Origin: Escherichia phage UE-S1
Sequence record: ON568341.1
Reading direction: 5' to 3' (one strand)
Length of the DNA: 64,000 nucleotides
In this document: in pieces, positions 19,037-29,216 of the stretch
Layout of the letters: each line of letters starts with the position of its first letter
Numbering within the stretch: position 1 is the stretch's first letter
Translations under genes and position numbers: made by a program
The notes under the pieces: generated by a model
The model's database searches: none
What the model was told of the DNA's origin: nothing
What the model saw: the letters and a program-made list of their open reading frames with translations, nothing else

Positions 19037-19127
19037 TTTTGTTAAATCTCCATGTAATAAATGTGTTTATAGTATTTATGACCCCAATAAAAATTAAATA
19101 AACCATTTTTTATAATCACAATAGTTT

Positions 19128-19135
19128 TATAAATA
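19128..19135 (+). promoter_or_regulatory. Late promoter TATAAATA (context ATAAATATTTC)
   Basis: Exact TATAAATA 33 nt upstream of ATG 19168. Confidence 0.55.
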
Positions 19136-19167
19136 TTTCTATAATACATTTATTAAAAGGGAATGTT

Positions 19168-21372
19168 ATGGCTGGAAATACAAGTGATTACCTACTCCAG
19201 CAGTTGGTTAATCAAACTAAAGATAACAACGATAGTTTGAGTGCTATACGTGAGTTATTGGCTGAAAATATAAAAAATGACAGAAAGAAGTCTGGTTCTA
19301 AAAGTGGAAAACGCAATAGTAGCAATTCATCAAGTACTGGAAATCGTGGTTCACGAACTAGTAACAAGAGTGCTGATGGTAAAGAATTTGGTAAAATATT
19401 CAAATCATTATCATCGGAAGTATCAAATGTTGGTAAAACTATGATGAGCACTTCTGCAAATGTTAGTAATGTTGTCAATTCAATGGGAATGAGTGCATCT
19501 TCATTTGCTGGAACATTGTCAATGATTCCTGGTCCTGTTGGTGCAGCAGCAACTGCTTTTAAATTGGTCGCTGACGTTGGTATGGCAGTATATAATGTAT
19601 TAAACGCACAACTTGAAGTTTATAATAGAATAAACAGTGCTGGTGTTGCCCTATCTGAAGGTTATGGTTCCATATTAAAAGGTGCAGGTGCATCAATGAT
19701 GAGTGTTGATGCATTTGGTGAAGCATTACAAACACATAGTTCTGTTGTTGCACAATTGGATGGAGCATATGGTGATGGTGTTTCTACCTTTGGTAAATTA
19801 TTGGGTACTGTACAACAGGCACAAAATCAATTAGGCTTATATGGAGTATCACAGAAAACATTAACTGATTTAACTGCACGTAATATTAAATTCCAAAAGC
19901 AATTTGGTGGAAGAGAAATGTTACGTAGTATGGATCAAGCAAAAAGCACTGAACAGTTTATTATGAGCATGACTAAGTTCAGTAAAAGTATGGGTGAATC
20001 AGTTGATGCACTATTAAATAAAACACAAAACTTAGATAAATCATTAGACACACGTTCAATGCAAATAGCATTACAAAACTATTCTGGATTATCTGGTAAA
20101 GCAGCGGTTGAAACATCAAAAGCATTTAACGAAGCTGCTGCAAGTATGGGTGATGCGGGTGCTGATTTTCTACGTTTGATTTCACATCGTTTGACGATTG
20201 GTGGTGTACCAGATGATTTATTGACTCCAGTACTTAATCAATTCGCCGACTTAGGTGAGAACTTGGTACGTAGTGGCGTTACTGATTCACAAGAAATTCG
20301 TCGCCAGCAGATAGAATTTGTTAAAAAGAACAAAGAATTAATAAAGCAAGATTTATTACATCAGATTAATTTAGGAAACACTACTGCTGCAATCTTCAAC
20401 CAACAACTGCTTGATATGGAAGCTGCGATAAACGATCCTAAGAGTCAACCAGCAGATAAACTAACACAATTCACTGATAGATTCAATAGATGGATTAGTA
20501 AAGAATTTTCTGCACCATTTAATAAAATGTACGCAGATACTCAAAATTCTATTGCCGATTACCTTACTGATATTGCTGATCGAACCGATGGTGCATGGGA
20601 GTTTATTGGTCAGTTAGCACTTGATGGGTTTGGTTTAGTTCCAATTGCGAAAGATGCAGTTGCGTATTTGGATAGGATTGGTGGTGAGTTTGAGCAGTGG
20701 TTAGAAGGTTTAGGTACTGAAATTTTTGGTAGTGGATACAATAAAGTTTCAGAATCATTTAATAATTTCATGAATAACTTAATGGATTTACCTGGTAAAT
20801 TATGGGATTCAGTCAAAGGTTGGTTTGGTGGTTCAAGTGATAAAGTAAAAGTTGATAATAACCCTGTTACTGATGGTGCTGAAAAAGTTAACAGCTACTT
20901 CGAAGAAAAAATGAATTCATTTGGTGATTATATTTCTAATTCATTTGATCATTTTTTAAAATGGAATTCAAGCAGGAACTTCAAACAGCCCAAACCATTA
21001 GATGAATCTGTAGCAGAAAAACTTATTAGTAGTGGTCTTGAAAATAAACCAAGTGCAACTGCTAGAATAGAAAAATCTGAACATGTTGCACCTTATGTTA
21101 CTATTACTCCTAAAACATTCGATAAATCAGCATGGGGTCCGAATGAACCACCGATTCAAGCACAACCTGACGATTATGAGTCAATGAAAGCGATGATAAA
21201 TAATGGTAGTAGTATGGCAAATGCTAATAATAATGCCACAATTTCAGAAGACATGAAAGAATTACTTAAAAAACTTGCTGATGTTAACGAGCAATCCCTA
21301 TCTGCTGTACAACAGACAAATAACTATCTAAGAACTATCTCTGAAAACACTCAAGGTGAGAGAAACAGTTAA
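19168..21372 (+). CDS. Virion-associated protein, possibly tape-measure-like (734 aa)
   Basis: Late promoter; Ala/Gly/Ser/Gln-rich, helix-prone composition with hydrophobic segment (PGPVGAAATAFKLVADVGMAVY); function by composition only. Confidence 0.3.
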   Translation: MAGNTSDYLLQQLVNQTKDNNDSLSAIRELLAENIKNDRKKSGSKSGKRNSSNSSSTGNRGSRTSNKSADGKEFGKIFKSLSSEVSNVGKTMMSTSANVSNVVNSMGMSASSFAGTLSMIPGPVGAAATAFKLVADVGMAVYNVLNAQLEVYNRINSAGVALSEGYGSILKGAGASMMSVDAFGEALQTHSSVVAQLDGAYGDGVSTFGKLLGTVQQAQNQLGLYGVSQKTLTDLTARNIKFQKQFGGREMLRSMDQAKSTEQFIMSMTKFSKSMGESVDALLNKTQNLDKSLDTRSMQIALQNYSGLSGKAAVETSKAFNEAAASMGDAGADFLRLISHRLTIGGVPDDLLTPVLNQFADLGENLVRSGVTDSQEIRRQQIEFVKKNKELIKQDLLHQINLGNTTAAIFNQQLLDMEAAINDPKSQPADKLTQFTDRFNRWISKEFSAPFNKMYADTQNSIADYLTDIADRTDGAWEFIGQLALDGFGLVPIAKDAVAYLDRIGGEFEQWLEGLGTEIFGSGYNKVSESFNNFMNNLMDLPGKLWDSVKGWFGGSSDKVKVDNNPVTDGAEKVNSYFEEKMNSFGDYISNSFDHFLKWNSSRNFKQPKPLDESVAEKLISSGLENKPSATARIEKSEHVAPYVTITPKTFDKSAWGPNEPPIQAQPDDYESMKAMINNGSSMANANNNATISEDMKELLKKLADVNEQSLSAVQQTNNYLRTISENTQGERNS

Positions 21373-21383
21373 GGACGAAAATA

Positions 21384-23123
21384 ATGAGTTGGAAACGACA
21401 TATGACAGTGGGAAGGTCAAAGCTATCGACTATCCCAAATCAGTCCAATAATAGCAATAAATCAACAGGAACAAAAACCAATTTTGCTTCCTATCTTCCA
21501 GTTGTATATAATGGATTGGCAAACCGTACTGAACGTTATAGTCAGTATGAGCAAATGGACCAAGACCCTGAAATTAGAACTGCATTGAATATCATTGCTG
21601 ACTTTTGTACTCAAAGTACTGAAGATTATGGTTTACCATATAAAATAAAATACAAAGATGATATTGGGGATACTGAAGTAACAACGATTGAAGATCGTTT
21701 AGATGCATGGACTGAACAAAATGATTTTAAAACACGAATGTATGAGATTGTACGTGGTCTTTTGAAATATGGGGACCAGTTTTTTATCCGAGATCCAGAA
21801 ACATTTGATTGGTATTGGGTGAGTCCAAAAAACGTCGAACAAGTATTTGTTAATGAAGCAACTGGGAAAACACCAGTAATTTATTACATACGTGATGTAT
21901 CATTAAACTTAAAAGATAAAGTTTATAGTAATCTACAAGTTGGATTCGATAAAACCGCTTATCCTGGTGCTATTCCTACAACAATGGGTGGTGGTGGTTC
22001 TGTCGCTGCTGGCGGTGCATCTGGATTCACTAGTCAAGGTAATACTGCTGACCCTTTCAGCACTAATGGTCAATTAGATGTTATTCCTGTTGGTGCAGAA
22101 CACGTAATCCATTTGACGCTAAATACTGGACAAGATGGAGTATGGCCTTTTGGTACTAGTATACTTGAGGATGTATTCAAAGTTTATAAACAAAAAGAAC
22201 TTCTAGAAGATAGTATCATAATTTATCGTGTACAACGTGCTCCAGAACGTCGTGTTTTTAAAATCGATGTTGGTGATATGCAAGCACATCAGGCAATGGC
22301 TTATGTGGAAAGATTTAAAAATGAAATTCATCAGCGTAGAATACCTTCAAACAAAGGTGGAAGTACTTCTTTAATGGATGCAGCATATAATCCTTTAAGT
22401 ATATTAGAAGATTACTTTTTCCCACAAACTTCTGAAGGTCGTGGTTCGGATGTTCAAACTTTACCAGGTGGTGATAACTTAGGGCAAATTGATGACTTAC
22501 GCTACTTCAATAATAAATTGATACGTGGTCTTCAAATACCAGCTTCCTATCTACCACAAGGTCCAGATGATGGTGGTGTTTCATTATTTGGTGATGGTGC
22601 AACACAAGCTATGGCAAGTGAATTACGATTCAATAATCAATGTATGCGTTATCAGCGTTTAGTTGCGAAACATTTTGATGCTGAATTCAAAAGATTTATG
22701 GTAAAAAATGGATATAATATTAGTACTTCATCATTTGAAGTCATTATGAATCCACCAATTAACTTAGCTTCTTATCGTAAAGCTGAATTGGATGCTAAAT
22801 TAATTAATACATATCTACCTCTTAATGATTTACCTTATATGGCTAAACAAACAATTCTTGAGAAAATGGGCTTTTCTAAAGCAGATATTGTTAAGAATGA
22901 ACAAATGTGGTTACAAGAGAATCCACAAGATGGTTCTCAACCTTCTAGTGGTGAAGAAGATTCTGCTGGATTACAGTCTGTTGGTATTGATGCACCAAAT
23001 GACCCAGGTATGGATCTTGGTATTGACGGTGATGGTAATTTAGAAAGTGCTGATTCCGAATATCAAGAACAACAAAGTGGAAGTGATGGTTTCAATCCTA
23101 ATAATTTAGGCAATTCTTTTTAA
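21384..23123 (+). CDS. Portal vertex protein, gp20-like (579 aa)
   Basis: Size and position heading the 20-67-68-21-22-23-like head cluster; no motif-level confirmation. Confidence 0.6.
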   Translation: MSWKRHMTVGRSKLSTIPNQSNNSNKSTGTKTNFASYLPVVYNGLANRTERYSQYEQMDQDPEIRTALNIIADFCTQSTEDYGLPYKIKYKDDIGDTEVTTIEDRLDAWTEQNDFKTRMYEIVRGLLKYGDQFFIRDPETFDWYWVSPKNVEQVFVNEATGKTPVIYYIRDVSLNLKDKVYSNLQVGFDKTAYPGAIPTTMGGGGSVAAGGASGFTSQGNTADPFSTNGQLDVIPVGAEHVIHLTLNTGQDGVWPFGTSILEDVFKVYKQKELLEDSIIIYRVQRAPERRVFKIDVGDMQAHQAMAYVERFKNEIHQRRIPSNKGGSTSLMDAAYNPLSILEDYFFPQTSEGRGSDVQTLPGGDNLGQIDDLRYFNNKLIRGLQIPASYLPQGPDDGGVSLFGDGATQAMASELRFNNQCMRYQRLVAKHFDAEFKRFMVKNGYNISTSSFEVIMNPPINLASYRKAELDAKLINTYLPLNDLPYMAKQTILEKMGFSKADIVKNEQMWLQENPQDGSQPSSGEEDSAGLQSVGIDAPNDPGMDLGIDGDGNLESADSEYQEQQSGSDGFNPNNLGNSF

Positions 23124-23196
23124 ACATAAATAACAGTGTATAAGAATGAGGGTTTATATTAGCCCTCATTTATAATGCATATTTCAAGGAGATTGA

Positions 23197-23424
23197 ATGT
23201 TAAAGGACATCTTTGAATCTAGCAGTGATTCAATGTACGACCCTGAAGATGATCAGAACGTATATAAAATTACTGACTCCAGAAAACCAAAACTAACATT
23301 ACAAGTATTAAATAACTTAAGAAAGTATCGTGAATTTAAAGCACATGAGGAACAACGCCGCAAAAATGTGGTTGCTGTTGTTTATGCATCTACCCCAACA
23401 GGTGATGATTCTGGATTAATGTAA
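23197..23424 (+). CDS. Small prohead-core-like protein (gp67 position)
   Basis: Position between portal and acidic core protein; RBS AAGGAG. Confidence 0.35.
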   Translation: MLKDIFESSSDSMYDPEDDQNVYKITDSRKPKLTLQVLNNLRKYREFKAHEEQRRKNVVAVVYASTPTGDDSGLM

Positions 23425-23525
23425 ATCAAAAATCGCACTTTTTTAAGCTTTTAAAAAAGGTGATTTTATTCAGTACTAAATAATATCATACTTTATACGA
23501 ATATAATATATCTATGGAGGATATA

Positions 23526-24356
23526 ATGGCGAATTTAAAACTACTACAAGAAGCAATTGCGGCGTTTGCAAATGGTGAACAAGATATTGCTGATAAAAAA
23601 ATGCGTAAGTATTTTGTTGAGCAAGCACAAGAAATTAACAAGAAGCTAGAAGAAAGCATGGAAGATGAAGACGAGGAAGTTGAAGTCGAAGATGAAGAAC
23701 AGCTTGACGAAGATTTTGATGTGCAACCAGATGCTGGTCTAAATGCTGAAATCGAATACACACTTGGTGAAGAAGATGAAAGTGCAGAAGATGAAGTTGA
23801 GTTTTCTGCTGATGCTGATGGTGACGGTGAAGATGATGTTGATGTGGAAGTGAAGGCAGATGCTGATGTTCCTTCTGAAGATCAATGGGAATCAATTCAG
23901 GATGCTTTCCGTGGTTTACAACAAATGTTTGATGAAATTGGTGATGGCGAAGTTGACCTAGATTCCGATGAAGAAGTTGAAGATAGTGAAGAAGAAGTCG
24001 GCGTTGACGGTGAAGACGAATTTGCTGACGTTGAATTCGGTGATGAAAAAATTGGTGAATCCTTCAAACTAGAAAAAGTTGCACCTGTCGACAAGAAAGA
24101 AAAAGCTGGTACTCATACTAAATCCCCAGTAGCACCTGAAGCAAAATCCCCAGTAGCAGGAGCAGAACCAGTTAAATTTGCAAAGAAAACTGATCAAGCA
24201 CCACTAGTAGACCTAGATGATAAATCTGTTCTACCAAAAGATAACCTTGATCTTGGTAAAAATGCTCGCGGTGAAATGAAAGATGTAAAAGCACCAAAAA
24301 CTACTGCATCAAATTCTAAATCACCACTAAGTAAAGCACAACCTAAAGTAAAATAA
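23526..24356 (+). CDS. Highly acidic prohead core/scaffold-associated protein (gp68 position)
   Basis: Long Asp/Glu runs (EDEDEEVEVEDEEQLDEDFD…); GGAGG RBS 7 nt before ATG 23526; late-type leader almost identical to that of the capsid gene. Confidence 0.45.
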   Translation: MANLKLLQEAIAAFANGEQDIADKKMRKYFVEQAQEINKKLEESMEDEDEEVEVEDEEQLDEDFDVQPDAGLNAEIEYTLGEEDESAEDEVEFSADADGDGEDDVDVEVKADADVPSEDQWESIQDAFRGLQQMFDEIGDGEVDLDSDEEVEDSEEEVGVDGEDEFADVEFGDEKIGESFKLEKVAPVDKKEKAGTHTKSPVAPEAKSPVAGAEPVKFAKKTDQAPLVDLDDKSVLPKDNLDLGKNARGEMKDVKAPKTTASNSKSPLSKAQPKVK

Positions 24357-24376
24357 ATAAATGAAAGGAGATCATT

Positions 24377-25000
24377 ATGAGTAGTATGATACGTGAATGG
24401 TCTTCATTCAATGATTCTAAAGTTGTTTTGGAACATCGTGATAATGGGTTTGGTGGGCGTGATTGTTACCTTCGTGGTATTGCAATTCAAGCAGACCAAC
24501 GCAATTTGAACGAGAGAATTTACCCTTTATCTGAAATTACAAGAGCAGTAAATAATATGAATCAGCGTTTAGCTAAAGGTGAAAGTATTCTTGTTGAATG
24601 TGACCATCCAGAAACACTGACTATTAATTTAGACCGAGTAGCAGCAATGATTACTAAGGTTTGGATGGAAGGTGCAAATGGTATGGCTGAAATCAAATTA
24701 CTTGATACTGCACATGGTCAGAATATCCGTAAAATGCTAGAGGCTGGTGTAAAACTTGGTGTAAGTTCTCGCGGTTCCGGTAACGTAGATTATAATGGAA
24801 TAGTTTCTGATTTTGAAATTATCACTATTGATATTGTTGCTCAACCTAGTGCTCCAGAAGCATACCCAACAGCGGTATTTGAATCTCTGATGAGTAAGTA
24901 CGGATCACCTTGTAATGGTTCTAAAAAAATCACTGAATCTAAAAAAGTAAATAATTTAGATTCTGAAATATACGATTTTTTCAAGAAATTAAAAGGTTAA
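24377..25000 (+). CDS. Prohead core protease, gp21-like (207 aa)
   Basis: Size and synteny (immediately upstream of scaffold and major capsid genes). Confidence 0.6.
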   Translation: MSSMIREWSSFNDSKVVLEHRDNGFGGRDCYLRGIAIQADQRNLNERIYPLSEITRAVNNMNQRLAKGESILVECDHPETLTINLDRVAAMITKVWMEGANGMAEIKLLDTAHGQNIRKMLEAGVKLGVSSRGSGNVDYNGIVSDFEIITIDIVAQPSAPEAYPTAVFESLMSKYGSPCNGSKKITESKKVNNLDSEIYDFFKKLKG

Positions 25001-25011
25001 CATTTTAAAAA

Positions 25012-25019
25012 TATAAATA
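25012..25019 (+). promoter_or_regulatory. Late promoter TATAAATA upstream of scaffold gene
   Basis: Exact TATAAATA followed by hairpin and RBS AAAGGAGAG. Confidence 0.5.
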
Positions 25020-25066
25020 TCTGTATGTTGAAGTACAGATATTTCAGTACTTAAAGGAGAGAACGA

Positions 25067-26182
25067 ATGTCTAAATTAGAAAAGCTTCTAAAAGAATCAT
25101 CTCTTTCTGATGAGGCAAAACAGCTAATTCAGGAAGCATGGAATGAAGAAAAGAATACACTAGCCGCAGAGATGCGTGAAGAAATGAAAGGCCGTTATCA
25201 GCAAGATTTGGCTGAATTAACCGAAGGGTTGAACACTATGGTTACTCAAGTCATTGCTGAAGAAATGGGTGCTGTATATGAAGAGAAAAAACGTCTTGTT
25301 GAAGACCGTGTAACTCTACGTAAAACACTAAGCAATTTCTCTGCGTTTTCAAATTCTGTTTTGGCTGAAGAAGTTAAACAAATGCGTAAAGAGCGTAAGC
25401 ATCTGCATGAATGCATGGGTAAATTCGTTAATTTTTCTAACGGTATCCTAGCAGAAGAACTAAAAGAATTCCACACAGAAAAACGTCAACTGGTTGAAGC
25501 TCGTGTAAAATTACTTGCAGAAGGTTCACGTCAAATTGCTGAAGCTCGTAATAACTTCATCAAACGTACATCTGAAAGTGCTGCTAAATATATTGCAGAG
25601 ACAACACAGAAGAATCTATATGCGTTAAAACAAGATCTAGTGGAAGCGAAACAAAATATGTTTGGTCGTAAAATCTTTGAAGCATTTGCTCAAGAATTTA
25701 ATGTCAAACAATTCAATGAAAATTCATTGCTACGTTCACTAACTGAAACAATTAAATCTAAAGAAGATGAAATTGATCAAGTTAAGCAAGAACTACATGA
25801 AACTGTTAATGCGGTTAAAGCTGCTAAAACTAAACTACGTATTATGGAAGATGCACAAGCCCGTAATGCGATTATGTCAGAACTAGTAAAACCACTAACT
25901 GCACAGCAAAAACAAATTATGGAATCCCTTCTAGCAACTTCACCTACTGAAAAGCTTAAAGAAGATTTCAGTAAGTACCATAAGTCAGTACTTAACGGTA
26001 CTAAAGTAAATGAATCTGCTACCACTCGTCAAGCAGTTCAGTCTTCCGCTAAGAAAACTCTTGCAGAAGGTAAAGTGATCACTGGCAACCGTCAGGCTAT
26101 TGTTGAAAGCGAAGAAATGACCGCTGACGATATGGCATTCCTAAAAGAACTCGATGTTCTTTCGGGTATCAATAAAAAATAA
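25067..26182 (+). CDS. Prohead scaffold protein, gp22-like (371 aa, coiled-coil)
   Basis: Charged, helix-prone, Glu/Lys/Ala-rich; directly upstream of major capsid gene. Confidence 0.6.
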   Translation: MSKLEKLLKESSLSDEAKQLIQEAWNEEKNTLAAEMREEMKGRYQQDLAELTEGLNTMVTQVIAEEMGAVYEEKKRLVEDRVTLRKTLSNFSAFSNSVLAEEVKQMRKERKHLHECMGKFVNFSNGILAEELKEFHTEKRQLVEARVKLLAEGSRQIAEARNNFIKRTSESAAKYIAETTQKNLYALKQDLVEAKQNMFGRKIFEAFAQEFNVKQFNENSLLRSLTETIKSKEDEIDQVKQELHETVNAVKAAKTKLRIMEDAQARNAIMSELVKPLTAQQKQIMESLLATSPTEKLKEDFSKYHKSVLNGTKVNESATTRQAVQSSAKKTLAEGKVITGNRQAIVESEEMTADDMAFLKELDVLSGINKK

Positions 26183-26220
26183 ACATTTTAAAGCATTTTA
26201 ATAATCAATTTTTTCAGTTC

Positions 26221-26228
26221 TATAAATA
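26221..26228 (+). promoter_or_regulatory. Late promoter TATAAATA for the major capsid gene
   Basis: Exact TATAAATA 46 nt upstream of ATG 26274; RBS AAGGAG. Confidence 0.6.
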
Positions 26229-26273
26229 ATATCATACTGAAAAACGAATATAACATCTTTAAGGAGATATATA

Positions 26274-27449
26274 ATGTCACAACTACTAAATGAATCCAAA
26301 TGGGTAGCAGTAAAAGAGAAACTAGTTGAAGGTCTACAGGGTACTCGTAAGTCTGTAATGGAAACTGTTCTTGATAACCATCGTAAAGTTATGCTAACTG
26401 AATCCGCAACTTCTGGTGCAACTACCGCTGGTAATATCGCTACACTAAACAAAGTGATTCTACCAATTATGCGTCGTGTAATGCCAACTGTTATTGCTAA
26501 CGAAATTATCGGTGTTCAGCCTATGACTGGCCCAGTCGGTCAAATTCACACCCTACGTGTACAATATGCTGATAATGCACCTGGTGTTATCGCTGGTGAA
26601 GAAATGCTTTCTCCATACAAAATCGCTAAATCCTACTCTGGTGAACTAAATTCTGATAACAGCAATCCTCAAGCTGCTCCTACTAGCCAACTAGAAGGTA
26701 CTATGGGTCGTCGCGTTAACATCCGTATTCTACGTGAAACAGTTGAAGCGAAATCTCGTCGTCTATCTGCACGTTGGACTGTTGAATCTGCACAAGATGC
26801 TCAATCCCAACATGGTGTTGACGTTGAAGCAGAACTAATGGCTGCAATCGCTCAAGAAGTTACCGTAGAAATCGACCAAGAGCTACTAAGCCGTCTACGT
26901 GCACTACCTGGTGCTGCTGCTGTAACTTATGACCAATCTAAAGTTACTGGTGTTGCAACCTTCGTTGGTGATGAGCACGCTGCTCTAGCAACTCTAATTA
27001 ACCGTCAAGCAAACGAAGTTGCTCGTCGTACTAAGCGTGGTGCTGCAAACTGGGCTGTTGTTTCCCCAACTGCACTAACCATTCTACAATCTGCTACTAC
27101 TTCTAGCTTTGCACGTACCACTGAAGGTACTTTCGAAGCACCAACTAACGTTAAGTTTGTAGGTACTCTAAATAGCACTATGCGTATTTTTGTTGATACT
27201 TATGCAAGTGATTCAGAAGATATTCTAATTGGTTATAAAGGTAATGCAGAAACTGATGCTGGTGTGTTCTATTGCCCATACATCCCACTAATGGCATCCG
27301 GTACTGTAATGGACCCTAACACTGGTGAATTGGTCACAACCTTCCTCACTCGTTATGGTTACGTACAACTCACTGACTCAACCAGTAGCTTGGGTAATGC
27401 TGCGGATTACTACAGCAAAATCGCTATCAAAAACGTTACTTTCATGTAA
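26274..27449 (+). CDS. Major capsid protein, gp23-like (391 aa)
   Basis: Blocks GVQPMTGPVGQIHTLR, IEAKSRRL and GYKGNAETDAGVFYCPYIPL match T4 gp23 as recalled; strong RBS and late promoter. Confidence 0.9.
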   Translation: MSQLLNESKWVAVKEKLVEGLQGTRKSVMETVLDNHRKVMLTESATSGATTAGNIATLNKVILPIMRRVMPTVIANEIIGVQPMTGPVGQIHTLRVQYADNAPGVIAGEEMLSPYKIAKSYSGELNSDNSNPQAAPTSQLEGTMGRRVNIRILRETVEAKSRRLSARWTVESAQDAQSQHGVDVEAELMAAIAQEVTVEIDQELLSRLRALPGAAAVTYDQSKVTGVATFVGDEHAALATLINRQANEVARRTKRGAANWAVVSPTALTILQSATTSSFARTTEGTFEAPTNVKFVGTLNSTMRIFVDTYASDSEDILIGYKGNAETDAGVFYCPYIPLMASGTVMDPNTGELVTTFLTRYGYVQLTDSTSSLGNAADYYSKIAIKNVTFM

Positions 27450-27492
27450 TATTGATTTTTGTAGAATTTATAGAATAAAAAACTTTTATACT

Positions 27493-27518
27493 AGGGACTC
27501 TTCGGAGTCCCTTTTTTG
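27493..27518 (+). terminator. Rho-independent terminator after capsid gene
   Basis: agggactc-ttcg-gagtccct followed by T6. Confidence 0.75.
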
Positions 27519-27603
27519 GTTTTTATATAACTAAAAGATCTTGACAGTACTTAACAATTGTAGTATCATACGTGTAAATAAAGAAAAGAACTCGGAGAAA
27601 ATC

Positions 27604-29199
27604 GTGTTAGAAGAAATCAAGAAGTTTTTATCAGAGAAAAATGTTCGTGGTGTTAAATCTGCTCTGCAAGCAAAATCTGTATACATTGAATTCCTGCGAG
27701 AGATGTTTGGTGATATCGATCTTAATGAAATGATTTATATGGTATTGAATGATATTACTTCAGTGCCGAATGCTGAATGTGGTGACAAAGCTAAGTTTAT
27801 AAGTATTACCGAAGGATATTCTTACAAGTGCAATAAACCATTTCAAGGAAAAGGAAAATGCCTTATCTGTTGCTCCGCAGTTGCTAGGAAACGTAAAGAA
27901 ACTTACAAAGAAAAAACTGGTTATGATAACCCGGCACAGAATCCAGAAATTCAAAAGAAAATAGGGTATACCAATGAACAACGTTATGGCACTCGTATTG
28001 CTCAACAATCTGAACAAGTAAAGCAGAAATCAATAGAAACTAATATTAAAAAGTATGGTGTTGTTCATCCATCACAGTTGGAAAGTAATAAACAGCAACG
28101 TTTACAAACGGTACAAGAAAAGTATGGTATCAATAATGTATGGCAACTTAATAAAGGTCTTAGTGCACGTTATGAACAGTTTAAAACACGATTTGAACAG
28201 GATGGTAAATTTACTCTTTTAAGTGATGAATCCCATTATGATAATAGCAATGACGCAACTCATGCAATCATGCACTGGAAATGTAATGAATGTGGTAATG
28301 AGTTTGATAAAGTTGCTCTTTGCTTACGCTGCCCTAAGTGTGAACCATATTCATCCAGTACTGAAGAAGTAAATCTTTATAATTACATTACCTCTATCTA
28401 TAGTGGTGTGGTTATTCAAAACAGCCGCAACATCATCAAAGGTAATGAGATTGATATCTTCATCCCAGAATTGAAACTTGGTATTGAGTTCAATGGTGAG
28501 TATTGGCATCGTGATGAAGTTCGTGGTAAAAACTATCATCAATCCAAATACTTCAAAATGAAGGAAGCAGGATACAAACTTATCACTATCTATAGTAATG
28601 AATGGTCAAATAAAACTGAAATTGTTAAGAATCGTTTGAAAAGTTTGATTAGTGTGGATAGTAAAATCTATGCTCGTAAGTGTGAAGTTAGATTGGTTGC
28701 CCATGAAGAATGTGATAAATTTTTGTATGAACATCATATTCAAGGACCATGCCAATCATCAATCAAACTTGGACTTTACTATAATGATGATTTGGTTGCT
28801 TTGATGACATTTGGTGCACCACGATTTAACAAGCAGTATGAATATGAATTACTGCGTTATTGTTCTAAAGGAACAGTTGTTGGGGGTGCATCGAAACTGT
28901 TAAAACATTTTGAACGTATGTATCTTCCTAAATCTCTTCTTTCATACGCCGATATGAACTGGAGTACTGGTAATTTGTATGAAAAAATTGGTTTTACTTT
29001 AGAAGAAGTAACTCAACCTGGTTATTTTTACTATGATAGAAAAAACGAAGTTGTTTATTCTCGCCATCAATGCCAAAAACAAAAACTTATTAAAAAATAT
29101 AATTTTGATAGTTCTATGACAGAGAAGGAAATGACAAAAGAATTAGGATACTTTAGAATCTATGATTGTGGTAACTTAGTTTATAAAAAGATTTACTAA
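27604..29199 (+). CDS. Multidomain homing-endonuclease-like protein, paralog 1 (GTG start; Cys clusters, tandem KYGV repeats, PD-(D/E)XK-like core, conserved C-terminal domain)
   Basis: Start set at GTG 27604 (RBS GGAG) by alignment with paralog at 62121 (VLEEIKKFL vs MIIDELKKFL); repeats …QEKYGINNVWQL…; core IDIFIPELKLGIEFNGEYWH; C-terminal block YELLRYCSKGTVVGGASKLL shared with paralog. Confidence 0.5.
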   Translation: MLEEIKKFLSEKNVRGVKSALQAKSVYIEFLREMFGDIDLNEMIYMVLNDITSVPNAECGDKAKFISITEGYSYKCNKPFQGKGKCLICCSAVARKRKETYKEKTGYDNPAQNPEIQKKIGYTNEQRYGTRIAQQSEQVKQKSIETNIKKYGVVHPSQLESNKQQRLQTVQEKYGINNVWQLNKGLSARYEQFKTRFEQDGKFTLLSDESHYDNSNDATHAIMHWKCNECGNEFDKVALCLRCPKCEPYSSSTEEVNLYNYITSIYSGVVIQNSRNIIKGNEIDIFIPELKLGIEFNGEYWHRDEVRGKNYHQSKYFKMKEAGYKLITIYSNEWSNKTEIVKNRLKSLISVDSKIYARKCEVRLVAHEECDKFLYEHHIQGPCQSSIKLGLYYNDDLVALMTFGAPRFNKQYEYELLRYCSKGTVVGGASKLLKHFERMYLPKSLLSYADMNWSTGNLYEKIGFTLEEVTQPGYFYYDRKNEVVYSRHQCQKQKLIKKYNFDSSMTEKEMTKELGYFRIYDCGNLVYKKIY

Positions 29200-29216
29200 A
29201 ATACGGGAGAATACGG

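Noticed and set aside
23486-24094. Three minus-strand ORFs (91, 86, 65 aa) rich in Ser, His and Leu
   Set aside because: Antisense shadows of the GAA/GAT-repeat-rich acidic core protein gene.
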